From the NCBI GenBank assembly GCA_951406725.2, contig OX597837.1, positions 45,880,001 to 45,944,000 of the forward strand: a stretch of 64,000 bases of DNA, written 5' to 3'. The notes under the pieces are model-generated. The model ran no database searches and was not told where the DNA came from. It saw only the letters and a list, made by a program, of their open reading frames with translations. Positions within the stretch are counted from its first letter, which is position 1. Each line of letters starts with the position of its first letter. The stretch is from Octopus vulgaris. Lineage: Eukaryota. Shown piece by piece: positions 1 through 15,360 of the stretch. A program made the translations under genes and the position numbers.

Positions 1-26
1 TGCGTTCTTGTCCCATTTTGTATTAT

Positions 27-68
<42 letters not shown>

Positions 69-75
69 TAGAATT

Positions 76-278
76 GTGAGGGGGAAGCCAAAAGTCATGC
101 ACCAAGATTGTAAGATTGTCAAAACCACACATCAGCTTTTCTAAAACTGAATAAAGAAATGAATACACACACCACTTGTACATGATGAACAAAATGAATA
201 GTAACAACAACAACAATAATAATAATATAGATAAATTGTCGTATGTTTTGGTGCATGACTTTTGGCCCACCCTCTACA
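76..278. mobile_element. Tc1/mariner-type MITE
   Basis: Inverted termini gccaaaagtcatgcaccaa / ttggtgcatgacttttggc; the left end is degenerate. Confidence 0.6.
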
Positions 279-377
279 TACGCATATATATATCAATGGT
301 TGATTTCATGTGAAGTTTCATCAAAAACAATTTTAATTAAACTGAATGATTACTCAATTCGTTTTGTAGAGTATGTA

Positions 378-540
378 TTTATAATTCTTTAGCAAAAATA
401 TTGTTGATAGTACCTTTGAAATTTTGGCCTGCTCTTAAGCCATCGTCAGTCAATCCAAAGTTGGCTTAAATCTTAAATCTTAATGATGGTTTAAACTTCA
501 AAGTTACTATCAATAGTGTTCTTGTTAAGGAATAATAAAT
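378..540. repeat. Diverged fold-back with a degenerate hammerhead-like core
   Basis: Arms ~378-424 and ~494-540 are inverted. Minus strand 416-453 reads ttga-CTGACGA-tggctt..aggcc-AAAA-tt-tcaa. Confidence 0.5.
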
Positions 541-775
541 GTGTGTGTGTGTGCTTGAGTCTACAGGAGCCTTTAACCTTTATCATTTCCCTTCTAAAAA
601 GGGTTTTCAAACCCAATACTTAACTTATTATTTATAGCTTTATGTGCTTCAAGCTGTTCCAAAAAATGATTATTTCGCATTATCTCAAAAGTTTAAGAAT
701 TACTATGGCATCAACGATGTGTATGTGTGTGTGTGTGCACACGCGTGTAGGCGTGTGTGTGTGTGCACACGCATG

Positions 776-809
<34 letters not shown>

Positions 810-988
810 GAGAGAAACAAGAAATGAGATATATATATACATACTGATATATGTCTATAGATATATGTAAATATATATATACAATACACACACAAACACA
901 CACATATATATATATGTGCACATACACACATAAATACATATATATGTGTGCATGGGTGTGCATATATATGTGCATGTATGTTATATAC

Positions 989-1028
<40 letters not shown>

Positions 1029-2064
1029 GAATATTTCATACTTTGAAATTTTAACTTTTATTTTCTGACAAATTACATGTTCCTCTACATGTTGTGTTTC
1101 CACGTGCTTGTGTATGAATACATGTCAGTGTACCTGTGTATGTGTGTTGCTGTGTAAGTTCTAAGGTGTATATAATCTTGCCAATCTATAACAACAGCAA
1201 CCAAAAAAAAATATGTATACACTGGAGAAATTGTTGACTCAGAAAATCAAAAAATGTTTCTGTTTATGTGAAATCATATATATTTTTGTAAATCCTCATA
1301 TGTACACATGTGTGTGTGTGTGTGTGTGTGAGTATGCAAGTATGTGCATGCAAACATATATACAGACACAGCATAGATGTGTATGTGTGTGTGGTTTTGT
1401 GAACATTTCTGTTTGTAGGTATATCTGTGTTGCATCTATATACATACATGATTGTTATTTGTCTAGCTATGCACAGATACACACATATAAATACATACAC
1501 ACATATGCCTACACATACATACATACATACACTCACACACACATACATATACATACACAGGCCGACACATACATACATACATACACTCACACACACAGAC
1601 ATATACATACACAAATATAAACATATATACACACCTACACATATCTGTTCACACACATATCTATACATACACACACAAATATACATACACATACATCTAT
1701 ACACACGCGTACACATATATACATACACATGCAGACGCATACTCATATATCCATACATACACATAAATATACACGCATACACACACACACACACACACAC
1801 ATCTCCATGCATACAAGTACACAAATATACACGTAAACATAAACACACACACACACACACATACACACACACACGCATACACATATGCGCACACCCGTAT
1901 CTGAGAGAGAAAATATTTTTTAAACAGTGCGACTTAATAAGTGTGTCATTCACAGAACTTTCAACTAAAAGCTTAAATTTACGAAAAGACAAACAAAATC
2001 TATAAAAAAAAAATTGAAACAGAAAAAGGACAATATTTATTTATTATGTTCAGTAAAATGTTTC

Positions 2065-2095
<31 letters not shown>

Positions 2096-2166
2096 TAATA
2101 ATAATAATGATAATGATAATAATAATAATGATAACGAGAATAATAATAATGATGATGATGATAAAA

Positions 2167-2230
<64 letters not shown>

Positions 2231-2296
2231 GATGATAACGATAATAATAATAATGATGATGATATGATGATGATGATGATAATAATAATAATAATG

Positions 2297-2346
<50 letters not shown>

Positions 2347-2711
2347 CCTGCAACATTAAAGCACAATCACTTTAAAAATATTTTCTCGTTTGTCACAACA
2401 GCAACAACAAAGATGATGATGATGATGATGGTATTAATGATGATGATGATCATGATCATCATCATCATCATCATCATAACAACATTAACAGCATTAATAC
2501 TAAAACATTGGTCCCGTTTTCATCTTTAAACTCCACATTTTTCCCCCTTCACAGTTTTTTTTTTATCATTATCAGCTGAACAACTAAACACAAGAGAACA
2601 AAGGGGGGTGGGGTGGGGTGGGGGAAACAACAATAACAAATAAATAAAGGTCTGAAAAGAGTACAAAAAAAAATAGAAGACACACAACAATTGTCTTAAT
2701 GGAAATCCACA

Positions 2712-2764
<53 letters not shown>

Positions 2765-2913
2765 TGGCACTGTTGCTGCAGCCACCAAGAATTTGGTAAA
2801 ATTTCAGGAAAGTGTGAGATAACAACAATGGATTTAAGAATCTCACGAATTTTTGCTGAGAAATCTTTTTAATTTCCCTACATTTGTAATGTTGGTGCAT
2901 TGCTGGGTATGTG

Positions 2914-2966
<53 letters not shown>

Positions 2967-3213
2967 TGTCTACACACACACACACAGACACAGACACACA
3001 CACACACACACATATATATAGGTAGACAGGTAGATGGATGGATGGATGGATAGATAGATAGGTAGATAGATATGTATAATATATACATATATATAGTATA
3101 TACATAATATATATATATATATATGTACATATTTGTGTGTATATGAGCATGTGTGTATACATATATATATATGTGTATGTCTGCATGTGTGTGCCTGTGT
3201 ATGTGTGTATGTG

Positions 3214-3247
<34 letters not shown>

Positions 3248-4242
3248 GTTATATCAGTAGCATCAGTTTATACTTATATACACTGTATATGTGGGTTTGT
3301 ACATATGTGCGGTTGTGTGCATGCGCATATAGATACATATATATATACACACACACACAATTATATCAACTTCATTGTATGTTTATACATAAACTGTATT
3401 CGTTGATGTGTGCATGTGCACATCCATGTGTGTATGTGTGTGTGTGTACATCAGTGTGTGTGTGTGTATTAGTGAGCTAGTGAATTAGAGTATATTTGTG
3501 AGTCGGTGTTTCATGAACTAAAAAGCTGTCAAAATGAAAGACGATAATCTCCGTCAAATAAGTCAATCTCAGAAGCAACAGACTGTCATATTGAATAACA
3601 AGGAAAACATTCTTGGAACCAATAGCAAGGAACCTCTCTCCAAGACACAGCTTATTAGAACCAATGGACTGTCGCAGTAAACGGCAAGGAATCGTCCTAA
3701 AAGTTATAACAAAGAATTTTACAATCTACAGACTTTCATGCAGAACAGCAAGGAACTGGCGCCACATTAAAAGCCCTGGTGTGGTCTGCTTTGGCAGGGT
3801 TCTTTTATGGCTTGAAGCCCTTCCTAATGCCAACCACACATACACACACACACACACACATGGCTGTGTGGTAAGAAGCTTAATCCTCAACTGCATGGTT
3901 CCGGGTTCAGTCCCACCAAATGTGTGCCACCTTGAAGCAATAGCCTCAGGCTGACCAAAGCCTTCTGAGGTGGATTTGGTAGATGGAAACTGAAAGAAGC
4001 CCATTGTATATGTATATATATATATATATATATATGTATGGATATACATATGTATATATTTGTGTGTTTGTGTTTTTGTGTCTGTGTTGCCCCACCATCA
4101 CTTGACAACCAATGTTGGTGTGTTTGCATCCCCGTAACTTAGCAGTTCGACATAAGAGACTAGTAGAATAAGTAATAGAATAAGTAATGGAACTCATGAC
4201 CCTACAGTTGTGAGCCTAATGTACTAACCACTTAGCCACGCA

Positions 4243-4314
<72 letters not shown>

Positions 4315-4670
4315 AACTGTTCCGTAAAGGTAAGATCAACAAAAAAGAAGAACTCCATCTGATGAGAGATATGTATCCTCATATAAATATGTGTTTGTAT
4401 ACAAACACTCACCACATATATACCCATATATACACCACTAGGTATATTGTTTGTGACAGTATTCGTCTGAGACTGTTTAATTGAGAAAGTTTGAGAGTAC
4501 ACCTATATATTTTATATACACACAAAAACACACATGTATATATATATATATATATACCACTAAATATATTGTTCATGACAGTATATTTACATAATAAACA
4601 GCATTACCATTTCCCAGTGTGTTAAATTTATAAAATCTTAATAAACACATATACACACACACAATCACAT

Positions 4671-4704
<34 letters not shown>

Positions 4705-4850
4705 GCATATATATACACATATATACATACACATATATGTGTGGCATCATATATATACACATGTGTAACATTAACAAAATACAATAAATTGTTCCTGACA
4801 ATTTATTATATACCATTAATATCCAGCCTGCTGTGTTTAATTGTTGATAC

Positions 4851-5015
4851 TGGTGGTGGTGGTGGTGGTGGTGGTGGTGGTGGTGGTGGTGGTGGTGGTG
4901 GTGGTGGTGGTGGTGGTGGTGGGTGGTGGTGGTGGTGGTGGTCGTGGTGGTGGTGGTGGTGGTGGTGGTGGTGGTGGTGGTGGTGGTGGTGGTGGTGGTG
5001 GTGGTGGTGGTGGTG
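4851..5015. repeat. (GGT)n microsatellite, representative of the very dense simple repeats in this window
   Basis: Nearly pure GGT tract. Others include (AAT)n 2066-2346, 15760-16040 and 53960-54120; (TAG)n 12494-12610; (TA)n 40894-41058; (CATA)n 8176-8325; and many (TA/CA) compounds. Confidence 0.95.
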
Positions 5016-6309
5016 TCTTAAAACACATAACCAGTTGATCAATAATTTGACACCTTAACCCTCCATCGACTGTCTCTCTCCCTCCCTCTCCCTCCCTCCC
5101 TCTCTCTCCCTCCCTCTCCCTCCCTCTCTCTCTCTCTCTCCACACTCACACATTGTTCTAGCTTTCACATTCTAATAAACAAACAAACAAAAATATTATA
5201 TAATACTCATGTATGTATGTATCTCTGTGAGTGTGTCTTTGTCTGTGTTTGTTCCCCACCATTGATTGACAACCAATGTTGGTATGTTTACATCCCCGTA
5301 ACTTAGCAGTTCGGCACAAGGGACCGATAGAATAAGTACCAGGCTTGAAATAAAATAAGTCCTGGAGTTGATTTCTTCAGCTAAAACCCTTCGAGCTGGT
5401 GCCCCAGCAAGGCCACAGTCAGATGACTACAACTCAATAAAAGATAAAAGATAACACACACACACACAGAGGCTTCCACACAGTTTCCATCTCTCAAGTT
5501 CACTCACAAGGTATTGGTCAAGCCAGGACTACAGTAAAAAAATCCTTGCCTCAGGTTCCACATGGTAGGGCTGAACCCAAAACCATGTGGTTACAAAGTG
5601 AGCATCTTCACCACACAGCTATGCTTGCTTCTAATATATAAACATAAATGAAATTACCATTCCGCTTTCTAACATATACGTGAAGAATCTTTTCTCTGGA
5701 GCACAAAGACGTGTATAAAAATAAACAAGTTTATTTTTATATTCTAACATTTACGGACTATTTATAAACAGAAATATAATTTACTCAATTACTTGTTTAT
5801 AACGAATCTTTGCAAAGATTTGCTATATTGAATATTATATTTAATTATATCATAAGATTAATAAAGCATTTATTAGCAAATTCTCTAATTCATTTAAAAT
5901 GTATTGATGTGGTAACATTCAATTTCATTTCTTTGAACTGTGTAATAATATTTTTACTAGGATGTGTATGTATGTGTACATGGATATGTGTGTGTGTAGA
6001 TGTAGCCTAAGATGGTGGTGGGTGGGGAAAAGGAAGAGGATTCTGTGGCCGCTAGGAAAATGTCCGTGCTCAAGGTAGAGCAGGAAAATGAAGGGAGATC
6101 GAAATCCCATACAGTGTAGTCAGTGTGACCTATGGGGTGTGCGAGTGGTGGAGTGAAATTAGAAACAGGATGACAGTGAATAAAGACGGTTTGTGGCAAA
6201 AGCACAAGAGTACTTAGCAACCACCACCTCAATAAGATCCATCTGACCCATGCAAGCATAGATAAGTGGACATTAAGATGATGATGATATATATGTATAT
6301 ATATATATA

Positions 6310-6803
6310 CTAGCAGCATAGCCCAGCACTGCCCAGGTATGTAAGAGCCCCTGGAGCAGACATGATGCTCGCTGTGAATTTTAAAAAAAATTCCTGCCAA
6401 TTTGTGAAAGATATTGTCGAAAATATGTCATCTTGAATTTGAACGCGATTTCCCAAAATGGCATGAATTTATCGATTTTTTCTGATGGTAAGGTATTGCA
6501 TGGAAAACTAACGTCAGAATTAAGTTTCTTAGGGTAACATTAAGCTTCACCATGAGTTTGGTGAAAATCGATTGCAAGTTGCGAAAACTACAACAGAAAA
6601 TGTGTTGCAAATAAAAAACTTAGATTCTCGACCCCATGTCGAATTTATCAATTTTTTCAGAACTGGGGGAACTTAAATTTTCGCTGCGTTAGTTTTGAAT
6701 TATGACATTGGGCTATGTGTGTGTCAAGTTTCATCAGAATCGGTTGAAAGCCATAGTCAGGGTGAGGGTACAACCTGACAGACACACAGACAGACAAACT
6801 GCC

Positions 6804-6810
<7 letters not shown>
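6310..6810 (-). mobile_element. Non-autonomous Helitron-like element (Lep1-like layout)
   Basis: Minus-strand 3' end CTAG preceded by a GC-rich imperfect hairpin (cctgggcagtgctggg). The other end has caagtttcatcagaatcgg...(GACA)n running into (TA)n, a layout typical of Lep1-like Helitrons. Confidence 0.55.
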
Positions 6811-6846
<36 letters not shown>

Positions 6847-7026
6847 GGCAATGCCCCAGCATGGCCACAGCTTCAAGGCTGAAACATATAAAAGAATAAA
6901 AGAGTAGGTACAGACGTGACTGTACCAAGCGAATAAAGGGTTCAACGCTGGTTCTATGTCAGCGTGTGTATATATGAATTTTTTGCGTAATGAGATAAAC
7001 CATGACTTAATTTTTCCTCTCACACT

Positions 7027-7081
7027 GTCTCCGATGAAGGGATATTATTACTAATTAATATTCTAGAAACAGCTGTAAGAC
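7027..7081 (+). ncRNA. Minimal type I hammerhead-ribozyme-like motif (Penelope-type), CCGATGA core variant
   Basis: gtct-CCGATGA-a-gggatatta/taatattct (stem II)-a-GAAAC-AGCT-GTA-agac. Stem I is gtct/agac; stem III is the palindrome ACAGCTGT. Confidence 0.55.
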
Positions 7082-9804
7082 CTTCTATCTATAAATGCTC
7101 TAATATCTATACTGCCTTGGCCTATATGTGTGTGTGTGTGTGTGTGTGTATACATACATACATACACACAAATACATATACATTTCCTGCTTATAAAAAA
7201 CAGTAAGGTTTAGTGACAGGAAGTGTATCCTATGCTAAAAATTCTGCCGAAATTAAATTCCATCTAAGCCACGCTGCTGAAGAAAGAGATTTATAAAGAA
7301 GATAAGTTATCCTTAATGGATAATTATGTCCAAACACTTGCATCATAAGTGATTCTGAGAAACACCCCAGGGTAGGTGATAATGTTAAACTGTGCAATGG
7401 ACATAGCACTGGGAATTGAACTATGAATTCCAAGTTCACAGTTTATTTAAGCTGGCTCAATTCTTCTTCATAATACACTAACACTGACTCCAAGAGAGGT
7501 GGAGGGGGGGGCTACTAATTATTTCTTACACAAACAAGACAGAAAAAAATTCTTTCATGAATAAGGAAAATGAATGACTGCCAGAAGTCTCTCGAATTTT
7601 AATAACTTGATAGCATAGGAAAATATAGATACATACATACATATATATATATCATCATCATCATCATTGTTTAGGGTCCGTTTTCCATGCTGGCATGGGT
7701 TGGATGGTTCAACTGGGGTCTGGGAAGCCAGAAAGCTGCATCAGGCCCAGTTTGATCTGGCAATGTTTCTACGGCTGGATGCCCTTCCTAACGCCAACCA
7801 CTCCATGAGTGTAGTGGGTGCTTTTTACATGCCGCCGGCACAGGTACCAGACGAGTCTGGCAAACGGCCACAATCGGATGGTGCTTTATAGAGGGAAAGT
7901 TTACGAAAAAAAACAAAAGACGAAGACAGGTGGTGTACAAAGCAAAGAGATGTATTCGTATAACGCTCATAGATATATATATATATATATCACATTTATA
8001 TGCATAGAATACACACAATTATGCATACATGTGCAGGCATAAATGTACATATGTTTACAGAGAGACAATACAGACAGACATACAGACAGACCAACAGAAA
8101 GACAGACATACAAAGAAAAACAAACTGAGACAGACAGACAGACTTAGATAGACAGACAGACAGACACACACACACACATACATACATACATACATACATA
8201 CATACATACATACATACATACATACATACATACATACATACATACATACATACATACATACATGCATACATACATACATACATACATACATACATACATG
8301 CATACATACATACATGCATACATACATGCATAGACTGCAAATAGTAAACAGATAGATAGATTGATAGATAGTTACAGATAGAGATAAAACACACACACAC
8401 ACACACACACACATGTATACTTTTAGTGTGGTTATTGCTTTTACAATGAAAGACAGAGAGAGAAGAACAGAAATAAAGGAACATGATCAAGTATTTTGAA
8501 TTCCACACACTCAATTCTATCAACAACACACTTTCGGAGAACGGGTTGGAGAGGCCTCAAACCCACCCACGCCAGCCACCCTGAGCTTGGTACACAAATA
8601 TATAAATAAACAAAGGGAGATAATAACAAGAGAGACAAAATGGACCAATGCCATGGAACATTTTTCAACAGCCATAAGTTGTGTGAAAGGGAATTATTTT
8701 GGAGAAGATTGTCTTGAAAGTAATTTAAGTCTGGAGATGTCTTGGAGGGAGACGGTGGGGGTGAGGGGGAGAAAGAATGGTAAGGAGGTGGTGGCAGGGA
8801 TGCGGTAGGGAATGCAGTGTTTTGTTTGGAGTTTTGTCTTTGAGATTTTTCTTTTTAAAATTTTGTATTCTTTTTTTTTTGTTTTTAGTTCTTTTTTTGT
8901 TTTGTTTTGTTTTTGTTTTGTTCTTTTATGTTTTGCTGGTTTCCATCTTTTCGCGTCTTCTTTTCTTCGCATGAAATGCTTTCTTTCCATCACGACCACG
9001 AGAGATGAAGTAAAATAGAATTCAACCCACCACACACACACATACACACTTTGCTCACCTCCAAAATTTGTTTGCAATAAACAGTATGTATTTCTTTCAT
9101 TTCCAAACACAACACACAATCATCATCATCATCATCATCATCATTATTATTATTATCATTATTATTATTATTACTACTACTACTACTACTTTTATTATTG
9201 TTGTTGTTTAACCCTTTTGAACTGTCTCCCGTTTGCTGATACAGAAATGGCTTTCCAAAATTTGTTTCATATTTAAATCAAATCGTTCCACCACATTCAT
9301 CATAATTATACCAAAGAGTCATTCTGTTTAAAGTTCCAATTCAAACACCCGACCACAATAAATATAAGCGGAGAAATGAAAACATTAACTTATTTAGCGA
9401 TGAAACCACCAACCAGATGAATGAGGACCTGAGGTTAGCATCCAGTTGAATTTATTATTGGGTCCACGATTTAGAGAAATTTAAGACTGCTACTAACACA
9501 TAGAACAATCTAGTGCTGGGATCAACATCTATATGAATTGAAGGTTACAACCAGCTTCTACATCATCATCTTCATCGTTTAGTGTCTGCTTTCCATGCTA
9601 GCATGGGTTGGACGGTTTGACTGAGGTCTGGCGAACCAGATGGCTGCACTAGACTCCAATCTGATCCAGCAGAGTTTCTACAGCTGGATGCCCTTCCTAA
9701 TGCCAACCATTTCGGGAGTGTAGTGGGTGCTTTTACATGCCACCGGAACTAGAGGAATTTAGAGCCAAGACCAGAGGTCACCAAGCTTTTTCACAGTGGG
9801 CCAC

Positions 9805-10102
9805 AGCTCCCATGACTTTAGGAAACATTTTTTCACGCTGAGAGTTGCTGAAGCATGGAACAAACTGCCAGCATCAGTTGTTGGTTGTCGGAGCACTGCA
9901 TCCTTCAAAACTTCCATGCTTTCTGAGATTCGCCGGCGCTGCACCTGATTTTCTCCCCTCCATGCGTGCACGGGAATGTGCCTGACTCGTGCATTGTTCG
10001 CTTTCCGGACGTTTGTACACTGCTGCATGTGCTTTATATGCACTGTCTGACAAGTTGTGGTGCACCTGAACACTGTATGCAATAATTTCATTATTATTAT
10101 TA
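9805..10102 (+). mobile_element. CR1/L2-clade LINE 3' end fragment
   Basis: Encodes HDFRKHFFTLRVAEAWNKLPASVV (CR1 ORF2 C-terminal motif) and ends in an (ATT)n tail. Appears inserted in a hAT-like end (ccagaggtcaccaagctttt...gggccaca / gcaggccgca). Confidence 0.8.
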
Positions 10103-10553
10103 TAACTGAGAGGATGATAAGTGCAGGCCGCATGACCATTTTGTTCCATACAATACAGTGAATACACAAAAAATAAAGACAACCAACAGATTTATTTACC
10201 AAAAAGTTATCAAAGATGGCGGCGTTAGCAATAAGATAGTTATATCACACCCAGTGCGTACATATCCGAATCTCACAAACTAAGCAGCAAAAAAGGTTAG
10301 TGAGATTTATGAAACTGGCGCTTAACTTTTTTTTCATCATCCTTCAAATCTTAAGACGGTTTTGCAGGTTTTTATAGTTCCACATATCATGATCATTTGT
10401 AGACCATGAATTAGGGATTTGCGTTCTCTCCCCAAGACCCCAAGTTCAGCCATACTTTGCTCTGGACATTGGGGGGGGGGATCCGGTTACTCCAATAATA
10501 ATAGTACAAAGCAGGAAGTGTATCTTGGGCACCGGAGTTCCAAAGTCTGTCTG

Positions 10554-10587
<34 letters not shown>

Positions 10588-12516
10588 ACAGGTTTCTTCT
10601 AGTTTCTATCTACCAAATCGACTCACAAGATTTTGGTCAGCCTGGAGCTATAGTAGAAGACACTTGCTCAAGGCACCACACAGTGGGACTGAACCCGAGA
10701 ACATACAATTAAGAAGTAAGCTTCCAAACCATAGAACCACACCTCTGCCTATAAATGATAAATATTAAATACCACAAAATACTTTGCACAATGTTCAACC
10801 ATTCCTTCCAATCCATTCCTCTTTAAAGAGGACAGATTCTACCTTAAGCATTGAAACCTATATCCGTCATTTGCCTTACACCTGTTTTACTAATTAAATC
10901 AAGTGGATTCTTAGGTATAGATATAATTTAATCTATGATAATTAATTCCTGCAGAGTTCAATCCATTTGGCAAACATTGGTATGGAAACATTCCGATTCC
11001 AAGAGTGGAATTGAATATTTTTGGAAAGTTAATCCATTAACTTTTGTGTGACATAGAAACGTAGTTTTGATTTTATTAACTTCAGGAAATTCCTCGGATG
11101 ATTCCGGGTTTTTGGAGAGAAACATCTCTTTCAGATGAGATTACATACATACATACACACACACATACACACACATACATTCATACATATATATATGTGT
11201 TTGTGTACATGTTATTGTGTTTATGTATGTATGAGTGCATATATGTGTGTGTGTGTGTACACGTATATATATATATATATACACACACATATGTATGTAC
11301 ACATATTTGCACACATTCATTTATATACGTACATATATACAGATAAAGAGAGCGAGATACACATGCACATATATACATATATAAAAACACACATATACAC
11401 ACACACTCCCAGACATACACACACACACACATATATGCATATACATATATATACATACATACACATGTATAAACATACACATGCATATATACACACATAT
11501 GTACATATATTTGTCACACTCAAATATGTACATCTATAAAGATAAAGAGATATACACATATATAAAACACACATAACATAAATAGGCACATATGAACAAA
11601 CACACACACACCATACACATACACACACACACACCCACTCACATACGTATACACACACACTACACACACACACACATACTCACTCACTTGCACATGCACA
11701 CGCATTTCAAACACACACACCACACACATATACACACACTCACTCACATATGTATACATACACACATACACACACTCACTTGCACATGCATTTCAAACAC
11801 ACACACACACACACACACACACTTTAATTTGCAAATGGTGTTCTGTGCAAGAACGCCGTCCTCCACAGAACAAACAGATTATTGGTAATCGTCAGAAGAA
11901 TTATCACCAATGCATACACGTTTATTTTGGCAAAGTTATTGTTCTAAAGAGAGGAAAAGGGCTGAAATGCAAAAATCTTTCTGCAAAAAAAGGAATCGGT
12001 GAAGCAACACTCGGCTTGAAACATATTGGGTCACAAAAGACCAAACGGGACCAAACCAGCAGAATATCAGTCAGCGGAATATTTTTTCGAAACAAACCCG
12101 AAATTAAATACTCCAAAAGAATAATCCTTTTAGATTTTAAAGGGAATGGTCGGGAGGGGGGGGGGCTGGGTACAGCACTCAATCTCAGCTTTTAATAGTG
12201 TGTTGGGGAGATGAAAGATTATCTCTCACCATTTAAATCCGGCTATTGATGATGGGGAGGGGGAGGGGGGACAAAGGGGTGGGGATGGGGTGGTGCTTGA
12301 CCAATGAGGGAGTACTTTATTGGGAGAATTTGATCTGCTAGAAACGTCAGGCAAATATCTTCATTGAATCGCAACCACATTGTCTAAGAATAAAAAGATT
12401 TTTTTTTCTTTTAAATATGTTTGATCATACATCCATTTTAGAAGAACTACTACTACTACTACTACTACTGCCACCACCACTACCACAACTCCAGTAGTAG
12501 TAGTAGTAGCAGCAGC

Positions 12517-12608
<92 letters not shown>

Positions 12609-13435
12609 CAGCAGCAGCAGCAGCACCAGCACCAGCAATAGTGCTGGTGGTAGTAAAAAGAGTAATAGTAGCAGTGATAGTAGTAGTGGTGGCTGTAGAA
12701 GTAATACCACCACCACCACTACTATTAACACCATTACTACTACTACTACTACTCAAAGACTAGAAGGAAGCCTCTATACATTCACCCAACCAGCTAGATA
12801 TACCAACCAAGTCTCCCTCAAATCACACCTTTCCATATCAAAATAAAGATGAAGTTTTAGAAAATGCTTTGTCAGATCAGATACAACAGATGGAATGGTC
12901 ATGGCAGGCTTTAGAGGTGTGGCCAGGGTGGGAGGAAATTCCATCCCTACAAGATGCATTTCAGTCACCTTCGTACCCAAACTTTGTAATTCCTAGCATA
13001 TTGTATAAGCTCTGATTGCTTGCTTAGCTTCAGACTCTTGCTTGATGGGGTCGGGGGGGTCATCCCAGGTTTAGTGGCCCCAGAAGCATCATCATGTGTA
13101 GAGCCAGCCAGGTCCACCAGTGCTCTCTATTGCTGGTAGTCCCATGTCAACACGGATCCAGATTCAGTCCCACTGCATAGCACCTTGGGCAAGTATCTCT
13201 ACTATAGCCTTATGAGTGTGTATATATATACACACACACCTGTGTGTTTCTATCTGTGTTTGTCCCCCACCACTGCTTGACAACTGGTGTTGGTGTGTTT
13301 ATGTCCCCATAACTTAGCAGTTTGGTAAAAGAGACCAATAAAATAAGTACTAGCCTTCAAAAACATAAGGCCTAGGCAGTGCCCTTCAAGGCAGTGCCCC
13401 AGCATGGCCGTAGTCAAACGATTGAAACAAATAAA

Positions 13436-13521
<86 letters not shown>

Positions 13522-15026
13522 ACTCTCACACAACAGGCTCACGCAGTTTCTTTCTACCAAATTTACTCACAAAGCATTAATCACCCCAGGGTTTTAATAG
13601 AAGACACTTTCACAAGCTGCTGCATCATGGGATTGAACCTGAAACCTCGTTGCTAGAAAGCAAATTTATTAACAATACAGCCAATCCTACACTTAATACT
13701 CAATGTCTTTTCCAATCCAATTTTTTCTTCGTTACAGACTTCACCATTACAAAGCAGACCACCTTTTTCTTTTTCTTTTCTTTTTTCTTTTTAAATTTTT
13801 TTTCATAGCTTGAAATTTATATCTAAATCTAAAATATCGGAGCATCAGCAGAAACTCAGTTAATCTGAAAATAATATTTTTTTAAAAACAACAACTGATA
13901 AATTACAGTATGTTTGTGAATATTAAAACATACACACGTATCGCTACAGAACGCTGAAAAAGCACACAACACATCGAAGTCTCCTGTAAATATTACATAA
14001 AGTTTTTTTTCACTGCCGAAATTATGATATCGTATAATCTGGTTCATCAGGCTTGTTTCTGCAGAATCTTAATTTTTGGTCCAAGTATTAAATTACGTCT
14101 TTTATTTATTTATTTATTTTTTTTTTACTGCTAAAATGGTATTACCTTATCTAGCATCATCAGGCAGCTTCTGGGCAATCATAGTTTTCAACTGAAGAAT
14201 TAAATCTTGAATCTTCCAACTTAAAAATTTAGTCTGCAATCTTAGTTTTTGGTTGAAGAACTAAATTTGTCTTTTTTTTTTTTTGGTTTTTTTTTTTTGT
14301 ATTTTTGGGGGTTTTTTTTCAATGCTGAAATCCTAATAGCTTATCAAAATACATCAAACAGTTTCTATGCAATTTCACTTTCCATCTCAAGTATTAAATC
14401 CTGACTTTTTTTTTTCTTTTTTCTTTTTATTTTTTTGGTGAACCTATAAATTTCCATTTTTCTTCACTTTCTTTCATGCATAAATTCGGATAGCATCACG
14501 TGAGATACGTTCCCCCCACCTCCGCCGTTTCAACAAGTACCCAGTAACCACTCAGAAAATTCTTCCCCCAGTTCTGGTGAATTGCTACATTTAGTTGTGT
14601 TCGTTCATGCTTTTTCACACACACACGCAAACATATATTCATTTATTCATTTTCTTGTTTTAGTCATTAGACTGTGGCCATGCTGGGACACCGTCTTGAA
14701 TTTTTAGTCAACCGATTCAACCCCCAGTACTTATATATATTTTTTAAAGCCTGGTACTTATTCTGTCAGCCTCTTTTGCTGAATTGCTCAGTTACGGGGA
14801 CATAAACACTCTAGCACCACTTCTCAAGTGGTGGTGGGAGGAGAAATGTGTGTGTATATATATATCATCATCATCATCATCATGGGCTTCTTTCAGTTTC
14901 CGTCCACCGAATTCACTCACAAGACTTTGGTCAGCCTGAGGCTACAGTAGAAGGCACTTGCCCAAGGTGCCATGCAGTGGGACTGGACCCAGAACCATGT
15001 AGCTGCAAAGCAAGCTTCTTACCACG

Positions 15027-15077
<51 letters not shown>

Positions 15078-15328
15078 CATAAGATAATATATTCTCTGTG
15101 TGCCTGGTGTAAAAAACACAACTCACATCAAATCCTTTCTCAGAGTGACAGACATCAATGCTTTGCCATTGCTGTGACTTATCAATGCTGCAGAGCAAAC
15201 AAGGTGTGTTCGATTTTATTTATATACCTCAATAAAATAAGTACCAATTGAACAGTGAGGTCGATGTAAACAACTATCTCCCTCCCCCAAATTTCAATGC
15301 CTTGTACCTAGTAGAAAGGATTATTATG

Positions 15329-15360
<32 letters not shown>

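Noticed and set aside
10212-10223. AAGATGGCGGCG YY1/start-codon-like motif
   Set aside because: The ORF closes after 7 codons and the site appears to lie within a hAT-like transposon remnant.
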